Below, in pieces: positions 51,719-60,878 of a stretch of 64,000 nt of DNA. How positions within the stretch are numbered: the first letter of the stretch is position 1; each line of letters starts with the position of its first letter. The notes under the pieces were generated by a model that worked only from the letters and a program-made list of their open reading frames with translations, was not told the origin of the DNA and did no database searches. The DNA lies in assembly GCA_963666345.1 (NCBI GenBank), contig OY762721.1:2528001-2592000 (forward strand), read 5' to 3'. Made by a program: the position numbers and the translations under genes. This DNA is from Desulfatiglandales bacterium. Lineage in GTDB: Bacteria; Desulfobacterota; DSM-4660; Desulfatiglandales; Desulfatiglandaceae.

Positions 51719-52657
51719 ATGGTACTTAAAATGAAATTATCAATAATTAGCCCAATATATCACTCAATAAACAGTATTATCCCTCTCTATGAGCAAATTA
51801 CAGGGTCAATAAAGTCAATATCCGACTTCTCGGATTATGAGATAATTATGGTTGAGGATTGTGGCGGTGATGGATCTTGGGAACTTATTAACAAATTGGC
51901 AGTGAACGACGTGCATGTCAAGGGTATTAAATTAAGTAGAAATTTCGGCCAGCATCATGCGATTACTGCCGGAATGGATTTATGTACGGGAGATTGGGTT
52001 GTAGTCATGGATTGCGACCTCCAGGATGATCCATCTGCGATTGCTAAGTTATGGGAAAAGGCAAAGGAAGGATATGATGTCGTCAATGTTAGACGGAAGG
52101 AACGTAAAGACTCTTTTATTAAAAAAACTCGTTCCAGGCTGTACCATGTCTTTTTTAGGTGGTTAACGGGATTTTCTTACGACCCTCAAATAGCCAATTT
52201 TCATATTATGAGCAGGAAGGTGGTCGACACCTACAAAACCATGCGTGAAAGTTTTAGAGGTATCAACATTCAAATTCATTGGTTAGGTTTCTCCACCTCC
52301 AGCATAGATTTTCCGCATATGCCGCGCTACGATGGGAAGAGTTCATACACTTTAGGTAAGCTATTGGCGCTGGCTCTTGACGTAGCGGTCTCCTATTCCA
52401 ATAAACCTTTACATATTTCAATCATGATTGGCCTTATTATTTCATTTTCTTCGATGGGAATAGCGCTTTGGTTTTTTATTCGTCAGCTTATATGGAAAAT
52501 TCCGATCACAGGATGGACAAGTCTGATAGTATCAATTTGGTTTCTTGGAGGCTGTATCATCGCTAATCTGGGCGTTATAGGTATCTATATAGGTAAAATT
52601 TATAATGAAACCAAACATAGACCTATCTATGTAATTGATAAGAAAGTGAATTATTAA
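51719..52657 (+). CDS. GT2 polyprenol-phosphate glycosyltransferase (GtrB/ArnC-like)
   Basis: LSRNFGQHHAITAG, MDCDLQDDP, two C-terminal TMs, GWTSL, RPIY. Confidence 0.9.
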   Translation: MVLKMKLSIISPIYHSINSIIPLYEQITGSIKSISDFSDYEIIMVEDCGGDGSWELINKLAVNDVHVKGIKLSRNFGQHHAITAGMDLCTGDWVVVMDCDLQDDPSAIAKLWEKAKEGYDVVNVRRKERKDSFIKKTRSRLYHVFFRWLTGFSYDPQIANFHIMSRKVVDTYKTMRESFRGINIQIHWLGFSTSSIDFPHMPRYDGKSSYTLGKLLALALDVAVSYSNKPLHISIMIGLIISFSSMGIALWFFIRQLIWKIPITGWTSLIVSIWFLGGCIIANLGVIGIYIGKIYNETKHRPIYVIDKKVNY

Positions 52658-52690
52658 TTAGAATATGAATCTATTAATATACGGATATAA

Positions 52691-53740
52691 ATGGAACTGC
52701 CAGAATATATAAATATCTCACCATGTCCAGCCGATATGTTGGGAAATATTATCGGACAGATAAAACCGACTAAAATATTTCTGATAACAGACACAAATGT
52801 CCATAAATATTGCTATTCACTTATTTCAGAAAATATTCCGCCGCATAATGTCGTGACTATATTACCGGGTGAAGACCAGAAGAATCTGCAGACATGCATT
52901 GATATCTGGAAGGCTATGACAGATGCCTGTTTGGACAGACACTCCGTTGTTATCAACCTTGGTGGTGGAGTAATTTGCGACATGGGTGGATTCTGCGCTT
53001 CGGTCTATAAACGGGGCCTCTCATTCATTCACTGTCCGACTACACTTTTATCTCAGGTGGACGCCTCTATTGGCGGCAAACTTGGAATTGATTTTGAAAA
53101 TTACAAAAATCAGATAGGTGCGTTTAATAATCCAAATTATGTAATTTTATCAAATGCTTTTCTGAAAACATTGCCGTTAAATGAACTACGATGCGGTTAT
53201 GCCGAAATGATCAAGCACGCGCTGATTAATAGCGTAGAAGACTGGGAAAAACAACTGTCAATGGACTTATCAGAAATTCCATCCGAAGAACAAATAATTA
53301 ATTCTATCAGCATTAAATACCAGGTTGTGTTACAGGATCCAAAGGAAACCGGAGTCAGAAAAGCACTTAATTTTGGCCATACCATAGGTCATGCCGTAGA
53401 AAGTATTCTTTTGGATGGCAAACAAATATCGATTACACACGGGGATGCAGTGGTTGTCGGATTGATTGCCGAATCCTGGTTAAGCTATAAGTGTTTAGGA
53501 TTAAAAAAGTCGGAATTGCACAGTATTTGTAGTTACATTACAAATTATTATCCCGAAATAGAGCTAAATGGAATTTCCGAACAAGATTTTTTTAATGCAT
53601 TGCTTCAGGATAAGAAAAACATTGGAAATAGAATCCTGCCTTCATTAATTAAAAGCATAGGCGAATGTATTGTTAGCGTTTCAGTATCTGCGGAATCATG
53701 CCTGGAAGCACTTAATTTTTATCGAACTATCTACAAGTAA
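52691..53740 (+). CDS. aroB: 3-dehydroquinate synthase
   Basis: GGGVICDMGGF, PTTLLSQVDASIGGK, KNQIG, AEMIKH, RKALNFGHTIGHA, HGDAV, DKKN. Confidence 0.9.
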   Translation: MELPEYINISPCPADMLGNIIGQIKPTKIFLITDTNVHKYCYSLISENIPPHNVVTILPGEDQKNLQTCIDIWKAMTDACLDRHSVVINLGGGVICDMGGFCASVYKRGLSFIHCPTTLLSQVDASIGGKLGIDFENYKNQIGAFNNPNYVILSNAFLKTLPLNELRCGYAEMIKHALINSVEDWEKQLSMDLSEIPSEEQIINSISIKYQVVLQDPKETGVRKALNFGHTIGHAVESILLDGKQISITHGDAVVVGLIAESWLSYKCLGLKKSELHSICSYITNYYPEIELNGISEQDFFNALLQDKKNIGNRILPSLIKSIGECIVSVSVSAESCLEALNFYRTIYK

Positions 53741-53760
53741 ACATTTACTAAGGTTAAAGC

Positions 53761-55104
53761 ATGGGAAATCATAAATGGACTAAAAACAGTTGGCGGTCAT
53801 TTCCCGCCGAGCAGCAACCACACTGGCCGGATATCCAATGCTATGAAGATGTTTTAAAGAAACTATCTGAATTACCATCTCTTGTGTTTGCAGGAGAAAC
53901 TCGCGCATTAAAACGACAATTGGCCGGTGCAGCCGAGGGAAATACTTTTGTATTGCAATGTGGTGACTGCTCCGAAGATTTTTCGAGATGTACCGGACCA
54001 CGTATCCATGCACTGATCAAAGTTGTTCTGCAAATGTCAATTATTCTTGCTTATGCAGGTGAAAAACGAGTTGTGAATATCGGCAGGTTGGCAGGACAGT
54101 ATGCAAAGCCACGTTCTTTAGATGTCGAGGTTGTGGGGGACAAAGAGCTACCTTGCTACCGTGGTGACATGGTAAATAGCTGCGAACCAAACCTGCAGGC
54201 TAGAACTCCAGATCCGCAAAGAATAATAGAAGGTTATTTCAGGTCAACCGCCACCCTCAATCTTGTAAGGGCTTTTACCAGCGGGGGCTATGCAGCACTT
54301 GATATGGTTGACGCATGGCATAAAGACTTTATCGATATGTTCCCGGCAAACCGGAAATACGAAAATCTTGCCAAGGATATCCGAAAAGCATTGACCTTCT
54401 CAAATGCCATCGGAATCGATATCCATGCTCCGCAGGCAAATCAAATCGTTCTATACACTTCCCATGAGGCTCTTTTGCTCGGTTATGAGGAAGCCATGAC
54501 CAGGATAGACACAACTACCGGCGACTGGTTTGATACCAGCGCACACCTGCTATGGATCGGAGATAGGACACGTCAATTAAATGGGGCACATGTCGAGTTT
54601 CTCCGTGGTATCGGTAATCCGATTGGCGTTAAGATCGGTCCTGACTATCAAATTGATGACATAAAAAAAATTGTACAAAGGCTGAATCCCTCCAATGTGC
54701 CCGGGAAGGTTACTCTGATTACTCGTTTTGGTTCAAAAAAAATAGCCAGTCTCCTGCCACAATTGCTGCAGGAAATGAAACGTGAGGGGTTTCAGATCGT
54801 GTGGCTCTGTGATCCGATGCACGGGAACACTTATAAGAATAGCATTCCCATAAAAACTCGAAATTTCGATGATATATTAGAAGAAACCCGCATATTTTTT
54901 GATATCCATAAATCAGAAGATACTGTTGCCGGAGGTGTTCATCTTGAATTGACAGGAGAAAACGTGACAGAATGTATCGGCGGCAGGCGCAACTTTCTTG
55001 CTCAGGACCTGCAAACAAACTATCAAACCACCTGCGATCCGCGCCTTAATGCTGAACAGGCAGTGGAGTTGGCTTTTGAGCTTGCAAATATTTTAAACAG
55101 ATGA
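53761..55104 (+). CDS. class II DAHP synthase
   Basis: GRLAGQYAKPRS, SHEALLLGYE, WIGDRTRQ, CDPMHGN, GGVHLELTG, CDPRLN. Confidence 0.93.
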   Translation: MGNHKWTKNSWRSFPAEQQPHWPDIQCYEDVLKKLSELPSLVFAGETRALKRQLAGAAEGNTFVLQCGDCSEDFSRCTGPRIHALIKVVLQMSIILAYAGEKRVVNIGRLAGQYAKPRSLDVEVVGDKELPCYRGDMVNSCEPNLQARTPDPQRIIEGYFRSTATLNLVRAFTSGGYAALDMVDAWHKDFIDMFPANRKYENLAKDIRKALTFSNAIGIDIHAPQANQIVLYTSHEALLLGYEEAMTRIDTTTGDWFDTSAHLLWIGDRTRQLNGAHVEFLRGIGNPIGVKIGPDYQIDDIKKIVQRLNPSNVPGKVTLITRFGSKKIASLLPQLLQEMKREGFQIVWLCDPMHGNTYKNSIPIKTRNFDDILEETRIFFDIHKSEDTVAGGVHLELTGENVTECIGGRRNFLAQDLQTNYQTTCDPRLNAEQAVELAFELANILNR

Positions 55105-55231
55105 GGACGAGCCTCACGGAATTAAGCAGGAGACGATAATTGACCCGATTGATTCCTTTCAATCTCCGACCCCTTTGGGTGAGCGTTCGCTTCGCCGATA
55201 TCCGATTCGACGGCGTGAATATTGATGCGAG

Positions 55232-55323
55232 TCTTACCATGGCTGTCTGAAACGAAAATGGAAACGCAGCTTTAGAAAACCTTTTTAGAAAACCTTGAAG
55301 AATGACGGAATCTACCGATAGAC
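55232..55323 (+). repeat. right copy of direct repeat, containing a 13 bp tandem duplication
   Basis: Matches 47455-47533; tttagaaaacctt repeated at 55271-55283 and 55284-55296. Confidence 0.9.
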
Positions 55324-55356
55324 TTGGCTTGCATCTGCCGGGGATAGTTTAATAAT

Positions 55357-56853
55357 ATGGGAGCAATAAGTTTCGCTGATAATCGGTTGAAGAAGACGGC
55401 AAGATTTTTAACGATAATCCTTGTTCTTATTTCAGTTTGTATGCTGGGCAGATTTCTGTCATACGAATATAAACTCTTGAAGTATCCCTACCAGCTGATG
55501 GTGAGAGAATCACTGCAGTTGAATCACGCGATAATCATATCCGAAGGTAAGCCGTTATACGAAATAACCAAGGACCCGCCTCTTGCGATTGAACCTTACG
55601 GCCCCTTATACCCCGCCCTTGTTGCTCCTTTTATAAAGGTCTTAGGCAGGAGTCTGTTTGCTCCCCGTCTTGTTTCTTTAGGCTTTTTCTTATTGCTGGT
55701 TTTTTTTACCGCCTGCGCCGTATTCAGCCTGACTCGAAGCTGGCGCTTTGTGCTTATATCCATCGGCTTGAACGTCTTCATGTTGAACTGGGCAAGGTGG
55801 TTATTGATATGCAAGCCTGACAGCCTGGGAAACTTTTTATTGTTTATCACCCTGTTCATTCACTGGAAGTGGCCTTACAAAAAAACCGCTATTGCATCCA
55901 CCTTGATTGCCGGCATGCTCGGTTTTTTTTCAAAGGCCTATTTTGTATCAGGATTCGGTGCCATAGTCTTAAATTACTGGTTTATTCACAGGGACAAAAA
56001 GATGGCGCTTTCATATCTTCTGTATGGAAGCGCGGCCATAATTATTTCAATATTGGCAGCGGATTATATCACGGGGGGGCTATATTCCCTTTTCACGTTT
56101 AAAATCATGGCTGGCTGGGCCTCAAACAGCTATTCTTTTGCCTACCTGCTTTCAAAGCTGAAGGAGCTTGTATCTTATTTTTTACCGATACTGGTATTGA
56201 TTCCATATTGTATGCTGACAAAATCTTTTGATTATAAGCGTTATGGCCCTTTTTTTACGCATCTGGTGGTCGGGCTCCCTTTATTCGCGTTTCTTCTCGG
56301 TAATCCTGGAGCCGGTAACTACTACTGGTATTGCGTTATTCCGGCACTGATAGTAGTGGGCTGTGACCTCATAAAGAAAAGCCGGCCTGGAAATTTCAAG
56401 GTCATCATACCTTTATTACTGGCCCTCATTCTTATTATGGGTAACCGGGGCTATAGGGATTTGGTGCGAAATAAACTTGTCATACCGTCATCGGAACTGG
56501 CCGGTGAATGGACACCTGTTGCGGAACTGGTAGCCGCTGCAAAAGGACCTGTGATGAACGATGACGCTACCGCCATCCTCAATATTCATGAGGGGAAAAC
56601 CCTGTTTATGGAGGGATTGGGTTATTTTCAAAGCAGGGATTATCTTGTACGCAGGCATGGGTATTCTTTTATTGATGTCAACGAGCAGGTTGCGCAACAA
56701 AAATTCTCACTGATCATAAATCCTCAAAAGGAAATAGAGACTGAGGTTCTGAAATACTATAAACCGATCGGCAGCTACTCCGTCAGCCACCAATTCGGTG
56801 ATCACAGGCACAGCCTTGATCTTTTTGTTCCAAAAACCATTGCTGATTTGTAA
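55357..56853 (+). CDS. polytopic membrane protein, putative GT-C (ArnT/PMT-like) glycosyltransferase
   Basis: ~11-12 TM, periplasmic loop with RE and YGPLYP, PRLVS, KPD motifs; last gene of glycan locus. Confidence 0.65.
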   Translation: MGAISFADNRLKKTARFLTIILVLISVCMLGRFLSYEYKLLKYPYQLMVRESLQLNHAIIISEGKPLYEITKDPPLAIEPYGPLYPALVAPFIKVLGRSLFAPRLVSLGFFLLLVFFTACAVFSLTRSWRFVLISIGLNVFMLNWARWLLICKPDSLGNFLLFITLFIHWKWPYKKTAIASTLIAGMLGFFSKAYFVSGFGAIVLNYWFIHRDKKMALSYLLYGSAAIIISILAADYITGGLYSLFTFKIMAGWASNSYSFAYLLSKLKELVSYFLPILVLIPYCMLTKSFDYKRYGPFFTHLVVGLPLFAFLLGNPGAGNYYWYCVIPALIVVGCDLIKKSRPGNFKVIIPLLLALILIMGNRGYRDLVRNKLVIPSSELAGEWTPVAELVAAAKGPVMNDDATAILNIHEGKTLFMEGLGYFQSRDYLVRRHGYSFIDVNEQVAQQKFSLIINPQKEIETEVLKYYKPIGSYSVSHQFGDHRHSLDLFVPKTIADL

Positions 56854-56987
56854 GAGAAGCTGCGTTATTTTTTGAAAGGTAATTCAGAAGAAGGTAAGTT
56901 CCCTGAAAAAGGATCTGGACCGTCTCATAATAAGCGGGACCTGGAACTTGGGGCGAGAATATGGGAGCTGATCTGCCGTATCTCAAC

Positions 56988-57020
56988 AAAGAAGGCCCCT
57001 TATTCTAAGGGGCCTTCTTT
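56988..57020. terminator. bidirectional intrinsic terminator between convergent operons
   Basis: aaagaaggcccctta-ttc-taaggggccttcttt perfect 15 bp stem. Confidence 0.8.
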
Positions 57021-57032
57021 CGTCTTAAGGTT

Positions 57033-58532
57033 TTATCGGATCTTTTTAGCCGGTTTTTTTGCCATACGCCATATGAAAAAGGCCGTAAGGATTATAAAAC
57101 CGCAGCTTATCGGCCTTTGAAGCACTATGAATGGGTTGTTCCTGCTCATTATGAGGGTCTGCTGGAAGGACAGCTCAAGCATGGGGGTCAGCACAAAACC
57201 TATGATAAAGGTTATGAAGCTTATCTTCAGCTTTTTCAGGAGAAAACCGAGAAAGGCGAAACCGAACATCATATATACGTTGAATATGCTGTTGTTGGCC
57301 ATATAGGCGCCGGTCATACATACGAACATTATGATGGGAAAGACTATGGCGCTTGATATGCTGAGGGCTTTTGCAAAGAATCTGAGCCCTATATTTCCGA
57401 TCAGAAGGTTTAAGACGTTGGCAATAAGCATTGCACCGTAGATGCCGTAGATGAGCTGTCCGTTTTCTTCAAAAAGAAGAGGTCCTGGTGTTACCCCGTG
57501 AATGATGAAAGCCCCGATAAGCATTGCAGATGCGACGTTTCCCGGAATACCCAGTGTGAAAAGGGGAATGAGATTGGCCCCGATGACCGCGTTATTGGCT
57601 GCCTCCGCCGCCGCTACGCCCTCTATGTTTCCTTTTCCAAATGAATCGGGGTCCTTGCTTGCCCTTTTGGCCGCGCCATAGCCTAGAAAGCTGGCGATGG
57701 TGGCCCCCAGTCCCGGAAGGGCGCCAAGGGCTGTCCCTATAAGACTGGAGCGGAAAATCGTTTTACCGCAGCTGCGGTATTCGGCCCAGGAGATGGTACG
57801 GTCGGCCTTGCTTATGTTTTTATCGAAAATGAGGCCGTTATCGCCTTGCTGTGCGTCATGCTTCATTTCTTCCAAACGAACTATTATTTCACTCAGCGCC
57901 AGAAGACCTATTCCCACCGTGATAACACTTATGCCCTCTTCAAGTTCCATGATGTCAAAGGCAAGACGAGGCATGGCGGACACTGGATCAAGGCCCACAC
58001 AGGCAAATGTTATACCCAGACATGCCCCTATGAGTCCTTTCAGCAGGGAGTCCGCTTCAAGACCGGCAATCATGGCAAGGGCGAAGACGATAACGGCGAA
58101 GATCTCCGGCGGCCCCATTTTAAGAGCGAGTGTGGCTATCGGCGCTGCAACGAAAATGAGCACAAGATCGGAAAAGGTGTCTCCTGTTACCGACGCATAA
58201 AGGCTTATCTTAAGAGCCTTTTCTCCCTTTCCCTGTTTTGCAAGCGGGTATCCGTCAAAGCAGGTAGCCGCGGCCTCCGGAGTCCCGGGGGTATTTAAGA
58301 GGATCGCAGCGATCGAGCCCCCAAAGGAGGCGCCTTTGTTGAGACCGATAAGAAAGGCCACTGCGATCAACGGGCCCATATAATATGTTATAGGCACCAT
58401 CAAGGCGATTGCCATGGGGCCGTTAAGACCCGGCAGGGCGCCCACGATGACACCTATGCCTACCCCCAGGGCAAGATATATTATGTTCCCCAGAGTAAAG
58501 GCGTCTGCAAAACCGGCGAGAATAGCTTCCAT
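57033..58532 (-). CDS. tctA: tripartite tricarboxylate transporter large subunit
   Basis: GALPGL, NTPGTP, FDGYPLAKQG, EAANNA, LGIPG. Confidence 0.93.
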   Translation of the reverse strand: MEAILAGFADAFTLGNIIYLALGVGIGVIVGALPGLNGPMAIALMVPITYYMGPLIAVAFLIGLNKGASFGGSIAAILLNTPGTPEAAATCFDGYPLAKQGKGEKALKISLYASVTGDTFSDLVLIFVAAPIATLALKMGPPEIFAVIVFALAMIAGLEADSLLKGLIGACLGITFACVGLDPVSAMPRLAFDIMELEEGISVITVGIGLLALSEIIVRLEEMKHDAQQGDNGLIFDKNISKADRTISWAEYRSCGKTIFRSSLIGTALGALPGLGATIASFLGYGAAKRASKDPDSFGKGNIEGVAAAEAANNAVIGANLIPLFTLGIPGNVASAMLIGAFIIHGVTPGPLLFEENGQLIYGIYGAMLIANVLNLLIGNIGLRFFAKALSISSAIVFPIIMFVCMTGAYMANNSIFNVYMMFGFAFLGFLLKKLKISFITFIIGFVLTPMLELSFQQTLIMSRNNPFIVLQRPISCGFIILTAFFIWRMAKKPAKKIR

Positions 58533-58570
58533 AGATTAAAGTAACTCCAAGTTTCCAAAAATGTCACAAG

Positions 58571-59032
58571 TTAAGGCAAAGGCATACTGAGGCCGTACCA
58601 GAGTGCCGCATACATGATAAGGGGTCCGGCTACGGCAACTGCCGATATCAGCGCAGGCCTTCTTTCTCCGCAGACAACCATCCCGGCTGCAATGGTAACG
58701 ATGCCCCCTGCGATATAGCCGAGAAATGAGAACACCAGGGTGCCGCATGCGAAAAGTCCAGCGTATTTTGCAAGGTGAATCCATGAGCCCCTGTTAATGG
58801 GGGCAGGGTCTTCATCTTCCTTTTTCCATGTGCCCGGCAGGTTTTTCAGGAGTAACAGCAGGGAAAGTATCCCCGTTACCGCCATGGCCGTAATCGGTAG
58901 TACATCGGATGGGGCGCCGAATTCTCCCGCCTCGGGGCACCATGCCGGGATAATAAAGAAAATCATTGCAATACTGAAACCGATAAGCATCAGGGCAACG
59001 ATAAAATCAGTCTTACGCATACCTTTCCTCAT
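58571..59032 (-). CDS. tctB: tripartite tricarboxylate transporter small subunit
   Basis: 4 TM, C-terminal LSMPLP, between tctC and tctA. Confidence 0.8.
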   Translation of the reverse strand: MRKGMRKTDFIVALMLIGFSIAMIFFIIPAWCPEAGEFGAPSDVLPITAMAVTGILSLLLLLKNLPGTWKKEDEDPAPINRGSWIHLAKYAGLFACGTLVFSFLGYIAGGIVTIAAGMVVCGERRPALISAVAVAGPLIMYAALWYGLSMPLP

Positions 59033-59086
59033 TTTATGGGGAATGAAAGGGGGAGGGGATGGTTTTTCCTCTCCCCTTTTTTTCGG

Positions 59087-60031
59087 TTATTTCCCAAGCA
59101 GTTTCTTAAAACCTGCTGCGTCTTTTTCTATTTGCATCAGGGTATCGGCAGGTCCTTTGAAGACCTTGAGCCAGTGGACCTTACTCTGAATGAGATCGGT
59201 CAGTTCCTTGTCCTGGGCTGCCTTTTGCATGGCGCCGGAAAGTTTTTCCAGAATGCCTTTGTCAACCCCTTTGGGTGTGTAAACAAAGCAGTAGTTGACA
59301 AAATCAATATCATAGCCGAGTGATTTGAGTGTAGGTATCTCAGGAAAGTCCACAAGGCCTTTACTTGAAAGGGCTGCGAGGATTTTTGCCTTCCCGGCCT
59401 TTACATATGAATAGTGAATTCCTCCGCTGAAGCCGAAGTCCACATGTTTTCCCATAACGGCACTTATGACGGCCGCGCCACCCTTTGTGGGAACCGGTTG
59501 AATCGTAAGCCCTTCTTTGGAACTGATGGCTTTGGTAAAAATCTTGTCGATCGGTATAAGGGATGCGTAGTTTACAAAACCATTCTTTTTCCCATAATCA
59601 ATCATTTCCCGCCATGTGGAAAACGGCGCATCAGCGTAAGTCACGAATGCCTCCTGAGACTGACAGATGCTTCCCACAACATCAAAGTCCTGGTAAGTGA
59701 AAGGGGCCTTTTTTGCAAAATAGGGATTAAAGGTCAGTGCGGTTATCATGTTGATGCCTATGGTATAGCCGTCCGGTTTGGCCATCTTCAGGCTCTTTGC
59801 ACCCAGTGAGCCGCCTGCGCCCCCCTTGTTTTCCACTATCACCGGCTGTCCCAGTTCGTCAGCCATATGCTTTGCAAGTATCCGTGCGATAGTATCGACA
59901 TTGCCACCCGCCCTGAAGGCCGCAATCATCTTTATAGGCCTTTGAGGGTATTCGGCAAAACAGGTTGATGAAAAGGAAAGACATAAAATAAAAAAAGATG
60001 TCAAGAGGGTTAAGGTTCCGATTTTTTTCAT
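59087..60031 (-). CDS. tctC: TTT substrate-binding protein (Bug family)
   Basis: Signal peptide, YPQRPI, AGGNVDTIAR, VENKGGAGG, KPDGYT, PEIPTLK. Confidence 0.92.
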   Translation of the reverse strand: MKKIGTLTLLTSFFILCLSFSSTCFAEYPQRPIKMIAAFRAGGNVDTIARILAKHMADELGQPVIVENKGGAGGSLGAKSLKMAKPDGYTIGINMITALTFNPYFAKKAPFTYQDFDVVGSICQSQEAFVTYADAPFSTWREMIDYGKKNGFVNYASLIPIDKIFTKAISSKEGLTIQPVPTKGGAAVISAVMGKHVDFGFSGGIHYSYVKAGKAKILAALSSKGLVDFPEIPTLKSLGYDIDFVNYCFVYTPKGVDKGILEKLSGAMQKAAQDKELTDLIQSKVHWLKVFKGPADTLMQIEKDAAGFKKLLGK

Positions 60032-60062
60032 GATGGGTTCCTCCTTGAAATATAAAAAGTGT

Positions 60063-60878
60063 TTAATTTTCTACCCCTGCCAGACGGTAGGCGCCCTCAG
60101 GATGTGACGTATCGCCACAAGCGCCCCTACGGGTCATTTCTGTAAAATAGATCTCGTCCCACTCCACGTTTGCAAGATTTACATGGGTGCCGAATTTGCT
60201 TACCATCCAGAAGAGTATCTGGGTCTTGTACGACTTGGTTACATCCGGAAGATACTGAACCGGAAGTTCGAACATGAGCTTTTCAGCAGGTATCTTTTGC
60301 ATTAATTCCTCTATTACATCTTCGCGGATGTCTCCATGGAACAGCTCATGGGCCTCCAGCAGGACGCACTTGCATCCAGCCTCCATGCATAGTTCGCAGT
60401 CGGCGATAATTTCATCCCCGCTCATAACGCCCTCTTTGCGGCCAACCTCTCCCATCACCACAAGTCCGAAATCATTGACCGCCTTTTTTATGGCCGCCCT
60501 TTTGTCGCCTGGTGAAAGTTTTATGAGATTGTCGCTAACTTCGATCCCTGAAAAGCCGAGATCAATTGATTCCTGAAGGTATTTTTCAAAGTTGCCCTGT
60601 ACAAGGGCAAGCTCGGCAAAAAGACCGCCTGGGAAGACAAAGATCCCGGCGTCCTTGTAGGCATTGATCTTTTTTTCGAGGTAGGGCTTTGGTGTAACTC
60701 CGGCAATGGATCCGGCTATCTTGGCCTCGTCCACGTAGAGACCCTGGCTTTCGATCAGGTCCAGCTGCATGTTAAAGGGGAGACCCCAGTCGATCATCAT
60801 GGTCTGCCCCTTGGTTCTTGGTTTGTCTTCCCTTTCGGGCATCGGGATGCTTCCATAGGCAAATGTAAGTTCACTCAT
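60063..60878 (-). CDS. comA: phosphosulfolactate synthase (ComA) family protein
   Basis: KPRTKGQTMMIDWG, IEVSDN, EVGRKE, FELP, VNLANV, RRGACGDT. Confidence 0.8.
   Translation of the reverse strand: MSELTFAYGSIPMPEREDKPRTKGQTMMIDWGLPFNMQLDLIESQGLYVDEAKIAGSIAGVTPKPYLEKKINAYKDAGIFVFPGGLFAELALVQGNFEKYLQESIDLGFSGIEVSDNLIKLSPGDKRAAIKKAVNDFGLVVMGEVGRKEGVMSGDEIIADCELCMEAGCKCVLLEAHELFHGDIREDVIEELMQKIPAEKLMFELPVQYLPDVTKSYKTQILFWMVSKFGTHVNLANVEWDEIYFTEMTRRGACGDTSHPEGAYRLAGVEN

Noticed and set aside
52691..53740. Alternative call as 2-epi-5-epi-valiolone or DOI synthase
   Set aside because: Has DHQS-type KNQIG and RKALNFGHT motifs and is paired with a DAHP synthase
47455..55323. Integron cassette array or CRISPR interpretation of the repeats
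   Set aside because: Only two copies 7.8 kb apart; no attC-like palindromes, spacers, intI or cas genes
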